DNA of 64,000 nt from an uncultured Anaerolineales bacterium (GCA_964388385.1 CAYMAQ010000001.1:20607-84606), one strand, 5' to 3'. Shown: positions 46,899 to 56,903, counted from the stretch's first letter. Notes: generated by a model from the letters alone, not told the origin. Numbers and translations: made by a program.

Positions 46899-49634
46899 TT
46901 AGGCCTGGCTGAGAAGCCCCATCTGCTCTTTCACCTGTGCGGCTTCCGCCCGCATCGAGGCCAATTTGTCACGTTCCCGCTGAACAATGTGCTCGGGAGC
47001 CTTCTCGGCAAAAGGGCCGGCCAGACGCTCTTCACTCTCCTGAATGCGCTCGTACAGATCGTCGAGGTTTTTCTGCAACCGCGCCTGTTCGGCCTCCAGA
47101 TCAACCATCCCTGCCAACGGAAGATAGGCGACCACGTCTCCCACGGTCACCGATGCCGACTGATCGAGCGGCTCGCAGATGCGAACTACAGTATATGCAT
47201 CTGCATCGAGGCGGGCCAAGAAGGTCACCATCAGCTGCCTGGCCTGGAAGACCGGTGCCATCTCGCCGGCCGCCAGGGTAGCCGCGATCCGTCGACCGGC
47301 CTGTACGTTATACTCCGAACGAATCGCCCGGATCTCGCGGATCACCGCCATAATTGTAGCCATCTGATCTTCGGATTCCTCATCAATCCAAACTTCGTCC
47401 ACATCCGGCCATGGTGCCATCATCAACGACTCACCAACCTTGGTCTCATTGGGGAATGCTTGCCAGATAGCCTCCGTCACAAAGGGCATATAAGGATGCA
47501 GTAAACGCAACGACTGCTCCAGCACAGCGATCAGGATCGTTCGCGGAGTAGTTTTGTCCGCTTCGTCATCGTAAAGCCGGACCTTGGTCGCCTCGATATA
47601 CCAGTCGCAGAACTCATCCCAGAGAAAATCCCGGATCTGGCGCCCTGCCTCTCCATACTGATGCGACTCAATCAGGTTTGTCACCTGATCGGTTAACTGA
47701 GTGAGACGGCTGAGAATCCACCGATCCTCCAACACGAGGGCTTCCAAATCCAGAGCACTGAGGTCAGCCACGGGCTCGTCGTCCAGGTTCATCAGAATAA
47801 AACGGGCCGCCTGCCAGATCTTGTTGGCAAAATTCCGAGCCCCTTCCAACCGTCGAGGATCAAGGTTCATATCATTACCCGGTGACGAGGATGTCGTCAA
47901 CGTATACCTGAGCGCGTCGGTGCCGTACTCCTCGATGATATAAAGGGGATCGTATTTCCAGGCGTCGGGCATCGATTTGCTGATCTTCTCGCCGTGCTCG
48001 TTGCGGATCAACCCGTGAAGATAGACATCCTTGTAAGGCACCTCGTCCAGCAGTGCCAGCGAGAGCATTGTCTCCCGCGCCACCCAGAAGAACAGGATAT
48101 CGTAGCCGGTTTCCCGCATCGTCGTGGGGAAGAATCTTCGAAAATCAGGCGCCTCTTCGTCTGGCCAACCCAAGGTTGAAAAAGGCCAGAGGCCGGATGA
48201 AAACCACGTATCGAGTACGTCGGGATCTTGACGGATCGACGCACTCCCGCATTCGGGACAGGTTGAGGGGTCTTCAACGGCACTCCACTGATGATTACAG
48301 GCATCACAATACCAGACCGGGATACGATGCCCCCACCAGAGCTGCCGACTGATACACCAATCACGGATATTCTCCATCCAGTGAAAGAACGTCTTCTCAA
48401 ATCGCTCCGGGATGATCTGCATTGCGCCCTCCCGGACGGCATTCATCGCCTTCGCCGCCAGAGGCTTGGTGCGTACGAACCACTGCGTGCTGATCCGTGG
48501 TTCGATCACGGTATCGCACCGCTCGCAGTGACCCACCGTGTGATGATAATCCTCGATGCGGACAAGCAGTCCCTCCGTCTCGAAATCGGATACAATGGCC
48601 TTGCGACACTCATATCGGCCCATCCCTGCATAAGGACCGGCCTCTTCGTTCATCGTCCCGGTATCCGTCATCACATCCACGACTTCCAGATTATGGCGTC
48701 GACCGATCTCATAATCGGTGGGGTCGTGCGCGGGGGTCACCTTGACCGCGCCGGTACCGAATTCCGATTCAACCGCCTCGTCTGCGACGATAGGAATCTC
48801 CCGCTCGACCGCCGGAAGCACAGCCATCAAGCCCACGATGTCCTGCCACCGAGGATCATCCGGATTGACGGCCACGCCGGAGTCACCGAGGATCGTCTCG
48901 GGACGTGTGGTCGCCATCTCGATGAATTCGGTCGCACCTTCCGCCCAACGGCCACTCTCCCAAGCGGCATGGGGACCGTCCCAATCCTCATTCAAGATCG
49001 GATACCGGATGACCCAAAGGTGACTGTCGTGCTCATGGGGAATCACCTCAAGATCCGAAATCGCGGACTCACAACGCGGACACCAATTGACCATATAAGG
49101 CCCGCGATAGATCAGATCGCGCTCGTAAAGCGTATGAAACGCGACGCGGACAGCGTAGCTAAGCCCTTCATCGAGCGTGAATCGCTCGCGGTCCCAATCA
49201 CACGAGATGCCCAGCTGGCGATGCTGATCTGTGATACGCGCGTGCGTTTTCTCCTTCCATTCCCACACGCGTTCCACAAAGGCCTCACGGCCCAGATCGT
49301 GCCGGCTCAACCCCTCTTTGTGCAGTTCTCGCTCGACCACGTTCTGTGTTGCAATTCCGGCGTGATCCGATCCCGGCAGGAACAGGGTCTCGTAGCCGCG
49401 CATCCTGTGATAACGGGTCATCAAGTCCTCGAGCGCGGCCGCTACAGCATGACCGAGGTGCAGGATACCCGTCACGTTGGGTGGCGGCATCGTGATACAG
49501 AAAGTCTTGCCCTCTGCATCGACCAAGCCCATATCGACCATCGTTTCGGGCTTAAAGTATCCCTGGGACTCCCACCACTCGTAAAGCTCTTCCTCGTGAT
49601 CCTGGTGATTGTACGTTTTTGATAGTTCAGCCAT
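46899..49634 (-). CDS. valS: valine--tRNA ligase
   Basis: HLGHA (HIGH) and KISKS (KMSKS) motifs, editing domain, C-terminal coiled coil. GAGGAGG RBS. Confidence 0.95.
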   Translation of the reverse strand: MAELSKTYNHQDHEEELYEWWESQGYFKPETMVDMGLVDAEGKTFCITMPPPNVTGILHLGHAVAAALEDLMTRYHRMRGYETLFLPGSDHAGIATQNVVERELHKEGLSRHDLGREAFVERVWEWKEKTHARITDQHRQLGISCDWDRERFTLDEGLSYAVRVAFHTLYERDLIYRGPYMVNWCPRCESAISDLEVIPHEHDSHLWVIRYPILNEDWDGPHAAWESGRWAEGATEFIEMATTRPETILGDSGVAVNPDDPRWQDIVGLMAVLPAVEREIPIVADEAVESEFGTGAVKVTPAHDPTDYEIGRRHNLEVVDVMTDTGTMNEEAGPYAGMGRYECRKAIVSDFETEGLLVRIEDYHHTVGHCERCDTVIEPRISTQWFVRTKPLAAKAMNAVREGAMQIIPERFEKTFFHWMENIRDWCISRQLWWGHRIPVWYCDACNHQWSAVEDPSTCPECGSASIRQDPDVLDTWFSSGLWPFSTLGWPDEEAPDFRRFFPTTMRETGYDILFFWVARETMLSLALLDEVPYKDVYLHGLIRNEHGEKISKSMPDAWKYDPLYIIEEYGTDALRYTLTTSSSPGNDMNLDPRRLEGARNFANKIWQAARFILMNLDDEPVADLSALDLEALVLEDRWILSRLTQLTDQVTNLIESHQYGEAGRQIRDFLWDEFCDWYIEATKVRLYDDEADKTTPRTILIAVLEQSLRLLHPYMPFVTEAIWQAFPNETKVGESLMMAPWPDVDEVWIDEESEDQMATIMAVIREIRAIRSEYNVQAGRRIAATLAAGEMAPVFQARQLMVTFLARLDADAYTVVRICEPLDQSASVTVGDVVAYLPLAGMVDLEAEQARLQKNLDDLYERIQESEERLAGPFAEKAPEHIVQRERDKLASMRAEAAQVKEQMGLLSQA

Positions 49635-49639
49635 ATCGC

Positions 49640-50034
49640 CTCCTCATAATCATCGCATGTCGATGCACAATCATGGGTACCCATCGCCTTCGGCACACAC
49701 AAAAAAGCCCAATCCATCCCAGGGACGGATCGGGCTCCGCGGTACCACCCTGATTCACCGACTCAATCGGTGCATCTCAGTTACACTCCGCCAGGGATGA
49801 GAACACCCCAACCAAGCGTACTCGCTGTAACGGGCGAACCCGTAACGACTTCAGTCAAGTTTTCAGTCGTTCAACTCCCGGACGACCTTCGGTGGTCGGC
49901 GCTGCTGAGGGCTTGCACCCAATGACCCTCATCTCTACCTGAGCTTTCGGCTCAGTTCGCCAGAACCTGTGGACTTGCCGACGGCAAATCTCTGCCACCT
50001 ACTCCTTCCGTTCACAGTCTTTTTTCTATCACTT
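49640..50034 (-). promoter_or_regulatory. T-box riboswitch leader of valS
   Basis: Minus strand contains AATCAGGGTGGTACCGCGG, matching the T-box consensus AATTAGGGTGGNACCGCG, at 49738-49756. An F-box-like GCCCGTTACAG lies at 49826-49834. Terminator hairpin GCCCGATCCGTCCC/GGGATGGATTGGGC plus T6 at 49701-49737, about 65 nt before the ATG. Confidence 0.7.
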
Positions 50035-50040
50035 GCATTT

Positions 50041-50069
50041 ATTATACAAAAAATACCTCTTAAGTCAAT
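50041..50069 (-). promoter_or_regulatory. near-consensus promoter (TTGACT-17-TATAAT) driving the valS T-box leader
   Basis: Minus strand reads TTGACTtaagaggtattttttgTATAAT. Confidence 0.45.
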
Positions 50070-50083
50070 CAGATCCAGCGAAG

Positions 50084-50111
50084 TTGACATCCTTTTTACA
50101 GCCGCTATCAT
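50084..50111 (+). promoter_or_regulatory. promoter TTGACA-16-TATCAT for the DUF2079 gene; predicted leaderless transcript
   Basis: Seen directly. The -10 ends 5 nt before ATG 50117. Confidence 0.4.
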
Positions 50112-50116
50112 ACCGA

Positions 50117-52000
50117 ATGATGTCGACTACGAATGGTATCCAACACCGACGATCCCCCACCCAGGCCCTCTACGCCTGGGTAAGCACATTACGCCGCACA
50201 GACCGCATCGTCCTTGTCCTAACGGTTGTCTACGTCGCCACACTCTCGTTCCTGACAATCCGCGAGCACAACGGATTTGGTACCCGGGCCCTTGACCTGG
50301 CGAAGTTCGATCAGGCTATCTGGAACACCGCTCACGGACGGCCTTTTCGGACTACGCTGGGCGAATACTCTGTGATCCAAAGTCACTTCTCACCGGCCTT
50401 GGCGCTCTACGCCCCGCTCTTCTGGGCATGGTCCGATGTGCGCTTACTCTTCATTGCCCAGGCCTTACTGATGGCTGGGGCCGGGCTCCCAATCTACCTC
50501 TATCTCCGCAAATCGCATCCAGGGCTTGGTCTGACCGTCTTCGCCAGCTACCTGATGCACCCGATGATCCATCAGGTCAATCTCATTGAATTCCGCCGCA
50601 TCACCCTCGCTGTCTTTGCCACATCACTGACGATCCTGATGATGCTGCGGCGGCGACATCGGTGGATGTTCGTTTCACTCGCCATAGCCCTGCTCTGTAA
50701 GGAGGATATGGCTTTCACCGTGGTCGCGGTGGGTCTGTACATCGCGTTGGCCCAACGCAACTTCCGGCTTGGTATTCCGCTGACTATCTTCGGGGCCGCC
50801 TATCTTGTCCTGATCCCCTTTATTGTCCTACCGGCGCTCAACGCCGAAGCGTCCTATCGCCACGCAGCCCATAATTTCAGCTACCTGGGTGGCAGTTTGT
50901 CTGACATCGTGCCCACGCTGCTGGCTCAACCGAGCCTACCCTTGACCTATATGTTCCGCCCGGACCGGCTCTGGGCTGTGATCCGGCTCTTCTGGCCGAC
51001 GCTCTTTCTATTCGTGCTGGCTCCCGAGGTCGCCGCCTTTATGCTGCCTAATCTCGGATACCTGCTGGCCAGCACCGGTGACGCTATGGGACGACTGGAA
51101 GACTGGTATCCTGCGATTCTGCTGGTCTATCTCTACTGGGCCGTGGCTCTGGGCGCCCGGCGCTTGCCTGAGAGCTGGGTCCGGATAGCCAGCGGCGCGC
51201 TGATACTGGCTGGCACCGCCGCTTGGCTGTCCAGCAGTCCGCTCTGGCCCGGCGCCGCGTTTCAACCAAGGAATTACACGATCGTCAGGCACGACCGCCT
51301 TGTCCGCCGTGCGCTGCGCGACGTTGACCCCACCGCAGCCGTCGCAGCCCAGGATGCGCTCGTCCCTCACCTCTCCCACCGCGAGGAAATCTATCTCTAC
51401 CCGTGGATCTATGAGGGGACCTCGGTGGACACAGTGGCACTGGATCGCAGTATGGGCACCTATCCGCTCACCCTGGGAGAGTACACCTCTCGCTTCTACG
51501 ACTACCTGGCCTCAACGCAGTGGAGAATCGCGCGCCAGGTTGACAGCTTCCTCCTTTTCGAGCGCGTGGCTGCCATCACGCCGGAGGTGGCGCGCGATGA
51601 CGTGTGGAGCGGGACAGTCATGCTGACCGGCGTCAGCGCAACGCTGGCCGCGGACGGTACAGACTTCGAGGTGACCCACGCTGACCATGGCACCGCGACG
51701 CTTCGAGTCGCCCTCATCTGGGAGATGGTAGCGACAGCGGATCGCAACTACACGGTCTTCGTTCACGTCTTGGACAAGCAAGATCAGCTCCTGGCTCAAC
51801 ACGACAGTTGGCCCGCCGACGCACATCGCCCGACCAGCGTACTGGATGCGGGAACCAGGATCCGTGATGTCCATACGCTGACGTGGTCCGGTAACGGGAC
51901 TGAGGCCGACGCGTTGCGCATCGGCGTCTACGACAGCCTCACCGGCGATCCCCTCACACTCTCCGACGGTAAACCCTTTGTCGTCGTCCCTATGCCTTAA
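50117..52000 (+). CDS. DUF2079-like polytopic membrane protein (GT-C-like) with C-terminal soluble module
   Basis: HNGFGTRALDLAKFDQAIWNT...HFSPALALYAPL resembles the DUF2079 N-terminus. About 10 TM helices. The ORF-track extension to 50033 is an AT-rich promoter region. Confidence 0.65.
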   Translation: MMSTTNGIQHRRSPTQALYAWVSTLRRTDRIVLVLTVVYVATLSFLTIREHNGFGTRALDLAKFDQAIWNTAHGRPFRTTLGEYSVIQSHFSPALALYAPLFWAWSDVRLLFIAQALLMAGAGLPIYLYLRKSHPGLGLTVFASYLMHPMIHQVNLIEFRRITLAVFATSLTILMMLRRRHRWMFVSLAIALLCKEDMAFTVVAVGLYIALAQRNFRLGIPLTIFGAAYLVLIPFIVLPALNAEASYRHAAHNFSYLGGSLSDIVPTLLAQPSLPLTYMFRPDRLWAVIRLFWPTLFLFVLAPEVAAFMLPNLGYLLASTGDAMGRLEDWYPAILLVYLYWAVALGARRLPESWVRIASGALILAGTAAWLSSSPLWPGAAFQPRNYTIVRHDRLVRRALRDVDPTAAVAAQDALVPHLSHREEIYLYPWIYEGTSVDTVALDRSMGTYPLTLGEYTSRFYDYLASTQWRIARQVDSFLLFERVAAITPEVARDDVWSGTVMLTGVSATLAADGTDFEVTHADHGTATLRVALIWEMVATADRNYTVFVHVLDKQDQLLAQHDSWPADAHRPTSVLDAGTRIRDVHTLTWSGNGTEADALRIGVYDSLTGDPLTLSDGKPFVVVPMP

Positions 52001-52058
52001 GCGAAGAAGGAGCCCCCATTTACGGCGGATCCGGGGTATTCATCCCCGAGGCGCCGGG

Positions 52059-53237
52059 TCACTGATAGACGATGAACACCGGAAATGGTTCCAGGTCGAG
52101 CACCTGTCCGGGGGTCATCAAGGGAGTGTCGTAATTGTAGAAGAGCTTGAATCCACCGTGTTCGAATCCTGGTTCCTTCGCGTACTGCTCATAGTCGGCG
52201 ATCTTCGGACCAGGCGCACCGAAACCATCGGCGTCCCACACAAGCTCGACCCAGGGATAGTCCTCAATCGCATCCTTATCTGAGAACATCCGACTGTCAA
52301 ACTGATGAACGACCAGCGCCTTACGCGCACCGACCGTCTCAGCCAGATCGTTTAACCAGGATTGCGTGATGTTGAGCATCTGACCGCTCATCGAACCGAT
52401 CGTCGAGCCGGGGATCGCGGCCTCGTCGACCATTAAAAACTCCGGATCGACTGCCAGATGCACGTCCTCCATCCGAAGAAAGGGCTCAAGATGGGTCAAT
52501 TCTTGGGTCAACGCGCTGTGTCCCGGTTGAATATCCAGCACACTCACCAAACCGTGGTCATGGGCGACGTCGATCCACAGCGAGAGGGTCTCCGTCGATA
52601 CGCGATGGACATAGTCGCCGTCGGCGCCGGGAAAGGGATCGGCGATCGTCGTCACCATATGAAAGAACGGGATGACACTAACACCGGTAGGGCTGATTAA
52701 CACCTGATAAGAGATCGCCTGCTGCGCAGCCAGCATTACGGTCTCCGTCGGTGAGTAGCGCCCCAGGACGCCCAACCCCCGCCCCCCCGGCGTGCCATAG
52801 AGCCCAACCCAGAGGGTATCAGAGAAAAGCGGCCAATCGAGGGGACCAACCTTACGCGGGCGCTCAATTTCAGCACGTTCCAGGGGGTCCAGGTCCGCAA
52901 AAGCGCCGGAGATAAAACCGATATAGGGAGTCGGAGAAGGCGTTGGCATAGCCGCAGGAGTAAGCGCGGTTGAGGACCGGGACGCAGTGACAAGCGCACC
53001 AGGTGCTAACGCCGCGGACATAATCGGCGTGCCGGGCGTGGAAGCCGGCGACGCCCCCATCCAATCGCCCGATCTAGGAGCCACCGTCTCAAAACCCGAT
53101 TGGACCGAGCGAACCTCCACATCGGTCGCGCGCCTACCGGTCAAGAGCACAACTGCTAACGTCAGAAGGAAAATGCTCAGCGCAGCGACTGGCAACAGCC
53201 GCTTAGATCGAGGGCGATCTTCAGCGTTCATCGACAC
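52059..53237 (-). CDS. hypothetical membrane-anchored extracytoplasmic protein (possible glycoside-hydrolase-like domain)
   Basis: N-terminal signal anchor, Ala/Pro/Thr-rich linker, about 250-aa C-terminal domain. No confident family. Confidence 0.5.
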   Translation of the reverse strand: MSMNAEDRPRSKRLLPVAALSIFLLTLAVVLLTGRRATDVEVRSVQSGFETVAPRSGDWMGASPASTPGTPIMSAALAPGALVTASRSSTALTPAAMPTPSPTPYIGFISGAFADLDPLERAEIERPRKVGPLDWPLFSDTLWVGLYGTPGGRGLGVLGRYSPTETVMLAAQQAISYQVLISPTGVSVIPFFHMVTTIADPFPGADGDYVHRVSTETLSLWIDVAHDHGLVSVLDIQPGHSALTQELTHLEPFLRMEDVHLAVDPEFLMVDEAAIPGSTIGSMSGQMLNITQSWLNDLAETVGARKALVVHQFDSRMFSDKDAIEDYPWVELVWDADGFGAPGPKIADYEQYAKEPGFEHGGFKLFYNYDTPLMTPGQVLDLEPFPVFIVYQ

Positions 53238-53250
53238 AGAAAGCGCTCGG

Positions 53251-54288
53251 TTAGGAATCCGCGTAAATATCGATAAGATCGCGGAGCATCGTAGCGGCCG
53301 AGGGCACAGGCGTAGGCTCGTCGATGATCATCGTCACGGCCCCGTAGATGTCTGTCTGGTAAACCACGCCCATCTGTTTCTGTCCCATCCGGCCCAGCGG
53401 ATGATCCTCCGGCATCGGGGTCGGAACGACACTGAGATCATAGCCGCCCTGAGGACGGCGTTTGGCCTTCGCCAGCAAACGGTATCGCCGACCCTCCCTG
53501 TGTGCCGCAACCAGTCGGTCCGGTTGGACCTGATGCACGCCCGTGCGTTCGACGTCGTCCAAGACCGCAGGATAGCGCAACACGGCTCGTGCCAGAATGA
53601 GCAGCTTCGCAGCGGCATCCCATCCCTCCAGGTCCCAGGCACCATCCCCTTCCAAAACCCCGGCCTCAAAAGCCCGGGTTTTAGCATCTTCCCATGACAA
53701 CCCTTCGGCAAGAAGATCCATCACATACCCCGTTGACAAATTGGGGATCGCCTCAATACCAAAGACATCGCCCCCACGCATATCCCGCATTCCCGTATAC
53801 AGCGCTGGCAGTCCACCCGCAACCGTACCATCGTAACGCAGTTCCACCCCCATCTCTTCAGACAGCGCGTGTAGTTCATCAAAGGCCACAACCAGGGGGC
53901 CCTTATTAGGAGTCGCAACGTGCATCCCCTGTCGCATCGCGGTGCGGATGCAGCTCAGACCGGGTTCCGCGCCCTGCTCAAGATGAACTGGGGACGCTTC
54001 CAATAGAAGGTCCGCCTCCGCGCTGTCGACCAACTCGAGCGCATCCCAATCGGAACGCCCAACGTTGGGATAAGATGCCACCGACCGACCCGCAAGCTTG
54101 ATCCTCGCAACGCGCTCCAGATCAAGGCCTCGGGGATCATAAGCCACCCCACGGCTGTCCGATGCCCCGACCATTATCAGCGACAATCCATATCGCGCCC
54201 GTAAATCCTCTTCCTTTTCAACAACAATTTCACAGAAACGCCGCCCCAGATTCCCCAGTCCAACGAGAACAAAACGCACGGTGCGCAC
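53251..54288 (-). CDS. hom: homoserine dehydrogenase (short form, no ACT domain)
   Basis: FVLVGLGNLG NAD-binding motif plus catalytic domain. GTG start after GAGGGGGG. Confidence 0.85.
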   Translation of the reverse strand: MRTVRFVLVGLGNLGRRFCEIVVEKEEDLRARYGLSLIMVGASDSRGVAYDPRGLDLERVARIKLAGRSVASYPNVGRSDWDALELVDSAEADLLLEASPVHLEQGAEPGLSCIRTAMRQGMHVATPNKGPLVVAFDELHALSEEMGVELRYDGTVAGGLPALYTGMRDMRGGDVFGIEAIPNLSTGYVMDLLAEGLSWEDAKTRAFEAGVLEGDGAWDLEGWDAAAKLLILARAVLRYPAVLDDVERTGVHQVQPDRLVAAHREGRRYRLLAKAKRRPQGGYDLSVVPTPMPEDHPLGRMGQKQMGVVYQTDIYGAVTMIIDEPTPVPSAATMLRDLIDIYADS

Positions 54289-54426
54289 AGATCCCCCCTC
54301 ATTTGGTTGATAGATACGGATCCGGAGATAAGAGACTAAACTTTCCCGGGATCCCCACGGATACGTTGAAACGCTTTAGTTATTCATGACCAGATCCACA
54401 AGCGGGCACCCGCGACAGCAGACCCA

Positions 54427-55731
54427 TTAGCCATCCAATCGGACGGCTACTAAGGGTACCAACATCTCCTCCGGCGACAATCCGCCGTGTCGCCCCTCCA
54501 AGCGGGTGGCCCCATCCACATCGACAGCCATAAATGCGGCCCCCTTGGAGATTCCCACGATATCCCCCAGGCGGTGAAAGACCTCTTCATAGACGGGCCC
54601 CGGCCCCAGCAGCTCGCTCTCGATCATTTGTTGACGGGTCATAAACACGAACTTTGACCCCAACTCCGTGTTGAGATACGACCAGGCGTCGTCGAACATC
54701 CCGGCACGGACGTGGAAAAAGGGGACTCGACTCTCACCAACCGGTCGATGGCGCAGAAGGGATGAAAGCTCGGGATGATCTTCCATCAACACCGCATCCT
54801 CAGGGCGCGTTCCTATCTGCCCGTGATCGGCCGTCAAAAGGAGCAACGTCCCCTCCCGCTCCTCTGCAGTGAGCGCATCCAGAAAAAGTCTCTGCATAAG
54901 AAGGCCAATTGCACGAACCTCCGCGACGCCGCGCGGGTCCTCCGGGCCGAACCGATGGGCCAGTGTATCGACCGCCGGCCAATATCCGCCCAGTAGTAAC
55001 CGTTCGTCAAGATGATGCTTCAAGGCCTGGTGTAATTCAACCCAGAAATCCGATGCATAACTGTGCCCCCGTATCTCTTTGCTGCCTCGGAAGTGCATAC
55101 GGGAAAGCGGCGTGGTTGTAAAACGCTTATGGATAACGATGCGGCTGGTAACGCCCTGCCTGACTAGGGCCTGCCCAATCGACGGGACGGGCAAGAAGGA
55201 CAACGGATCGAACCCCCAGGACTCGAGCAGCCCTTCAAACTTTGCGTGTGGCGAGGAGAAGGAGATCGCTTCCACGGCCATAAGCCATTCCCGCACGTAC
55301 ATTTCAAAGGCCAGGAGGCCGTGTGCCGCCGGTGGCCGACCCGTCCATATCGAGCTCAACACACTATTTGTAGTGGAGAGAAAGGTGGTCGTCATCGGCA
55401 CAATCTGACCCTGAACGGCTAACTGATGGAAGACCAAGTCGCGGTCCGCAGCCATCACGCGTTGGAGCTGCAGCCATCCCAACGCATCCATCACCAGCAT
55501 AACGACCCGGCGAACACCGTGCAAACTGTCCCCTAAAAGTTCCGGATCCAACCCCGGCAGACTGTCCGGCAACGAGCATCCCAACGCCTGGGCCACGGTC
55601 TGGGCCAGGTTACCCACCGATCGCCCCTCATAACGCGGCCAAATCATCGTGTTCGGCAGATCGGGGCAGAACTGCCCTACACCCACCGGTACATAGTTCC
55701 TCAATTCCGATTCAAGCTCCGAACATTCCAT
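54427..55731 (-). CDS. alkaline-phosphatase-superfamily type I phosphodiesterase/nucleotide pyrophosphatase-like protein
   Basis: VMLVMDALGW...PMTTTFLSTTNSVLSSIWTGRPPAAHGL metal/nucleophile motifs of PF01663-like enzymes. ATG 55731 with GGAGGG RBS. Confidence 0.75.
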   Translation of the reverse strand: MECSELESELRNYVPVGVGQFCPDLPNTMIWPRYEGRSVGNLAQTVAQALGCSLPDSLPGLDPELLGDSLHGVRRVVMLVMDALGWLQLQRVMAADRDLVFHQLAVQGQIVPMTTTFLSTTNSVLSSIWTGRPPAAHGLLAFEMYVREWLMAVEAISFSSPHAKFEGLLESWGFDPLSFLPVPSIGQALVRQGVTSRIVIHKRFTTTPLSRMHFRGSKEIRGHSYASDFWVELHQALKHHLDERLLLGGYWPAVDTLAHRFGPEDPRGVAEVRAIGLLMQRLFLDALTAEEREGTLLLLTADHGQIGTRPEDAVLMEDHPELSSLLRHRPVGESRVPFFHVRAGMFDDAWSYLNTELGSKFVFMTRQQMIESELLGPGPVYEEVFHRLGDIVGISKGAAFMAVDVDGATRLEGRHGGLSPEEMLVPLVAVRLDG

Positions 55732-55773
55732 GAACCCTCCAACTCGACAACGATCACGACACAAAAGACAATC

Positions 55774-56307
55774 CTACCGGATCAATCTGTGAATCCAGTG
55801 CCCAACGAACAGAGCCCCCAGCGTCACAACTGCCCACTCAGTCCAGAGAGAAGAAGATCGCACTCTTAGGCCTGACTGGCAAAGACGTGGTATCGCAAGA
55901 AGGCTCAACAAAGTCCATACTGAAAGCTGTCCAAGCGCAATGCCCAGCGCCACCAAGCCCAACGCAAGAGAGGATATCCACAGGCGATGTACCTTGATCT
56001 TCATAAAAGCCGCCGCAGTTAGGCTTATAATGACCGACAGCGTCCAGAAAAGCCTTATCGGCGCACCCAGGCCACCCACCAGCCCGCCCAATAACCCAAT
56101 GATGGGTAGACTCAGCCAGGTGAAACCGGGTCCGAAGGTCGCATATCCGACCCATGAAACGACAGCATCCAGGGCAAGCGTGACAGCAAGGAAAGCTCCG
56201 CTTTCCCCACCCGCGGCAGCCCACCCAACAAGGAAGGCACAGATCCCGAGTGCCACCGCCCCCGACCTCTGAGTATCGACACCTCGAGTCAAAATGATTT
56301 GAATCAC
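55774..56307 (-). CDS. hypothetical integral membrane protein (about 177 aa, 5 TM)
   Basis: Hydrophobic throughout. GTG start 2 nt after the rdgB stop; no family recognised. Confidence 0.45.
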   Translation of the reverse strand: MIQIILTRGVDTQRSGAVALGICAFLVGWAAAGGESGAFLAVTLALDAVVSWVGYATFGPGFTWLSLPIIGLLGGLVGGLGAPIRLFWTLSVIISLTAAAFMKIKVHRLWISSLALGLVALGIALGQLSVWTLLSLLAIPRLCQSGLRVRSSSLWTEWAVVTLGALFVGHWIHRLIR

Positions 56308-56309
56308 GC

Positions 56310-56903
56310 TCAGCCGTCCAGCACGTCGTCCAAAATGGGACGCATCGCCTGCGCAGCCCGGGCCCGATGACTGATCGTATTCTTCTGCGCCAGGGAGATC
56401 TCGGCCATCGTGCGACCGAGCGAGGGAATGTAGAAGACAGGATCGTAGCCAAATCCCTCGGTCCCCCTGGGACAACGGGTAATTCGTCCCTCGCAGACCC
56501 CCTCCGTGGTATATGTTTCCCCATTGGGCAAGGCCAGCGCTGCCACACAACGGAAACGCGCCGTCCTCTGCTCGTCCGGAACCCCTTTCAGGGCTGTTAA
56601 CAGTGCTTTATATCGGACCTCATCGGATCCGAGTCGGTAACGCGCCGACCGCACCCCGGGAGCGCCGTTCAGCGCGTCCACCTCCAGTCCTGAATCATCA
56701 GCGAGCGCAGGCAGGCCAGAAGCGGCACACAGGGCTCGGGCTTTGATCAGAGCGTTCTCTGTATAGGTATCTCCGGTCTCTTTCACGTCGCCCTCGAACC
56801 CCAGTTCCTGGGGCAGGAGAAGAGTTAAGTCCAAACCCTCGAGCAGCGCACGCCACTCGGTCCGCTTACCGGGGTTGTGGGTTGCCAGTACAACTTTCAC
56901 CAT
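56310..56903 (-). CDS. rdgB: non-canonical purine NTP pyrophosphatase RdgB/HAM1
   Basis: VVLATHNPGK...FGYDPVF motifs. Confidence 0.85.
   Translation of the reverse strand: MVKVVLATHNPGKRTEWRALLEGLDLTLLLPQELGFEGDVKETGDTYTENALIKARALCAASGLPALADDSGLEVDALNGAPGVRSARYRLGSDEVRYKALLTALKGVPDEQRTARFRCVAALALPNGETYTTEGVCEGRITRCPRGTEGFGYDPVFYIPSLGRTMAEISLAQKNTISHRARAAQAMRPILDDVLDG

Noticed and set aside
50033-50116. N-terminal 28-codon extension of the DUF2079 ORF in the ORF track
   Set aside because: The region is AT-rich and contains two back-to-back promoters. Translation MHLLYKKYLLSQ... is low-complexity, and the conserved protein begins near ATG 50117.
54289-54426. GGATCC/CCGG-rich palindromic segment upstream of hom, as a possible regulatory hairpin
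   Set aside because: The arms do not form a consistent stem longer than 5-6 bp, and no promoter or terminator context could be supported.
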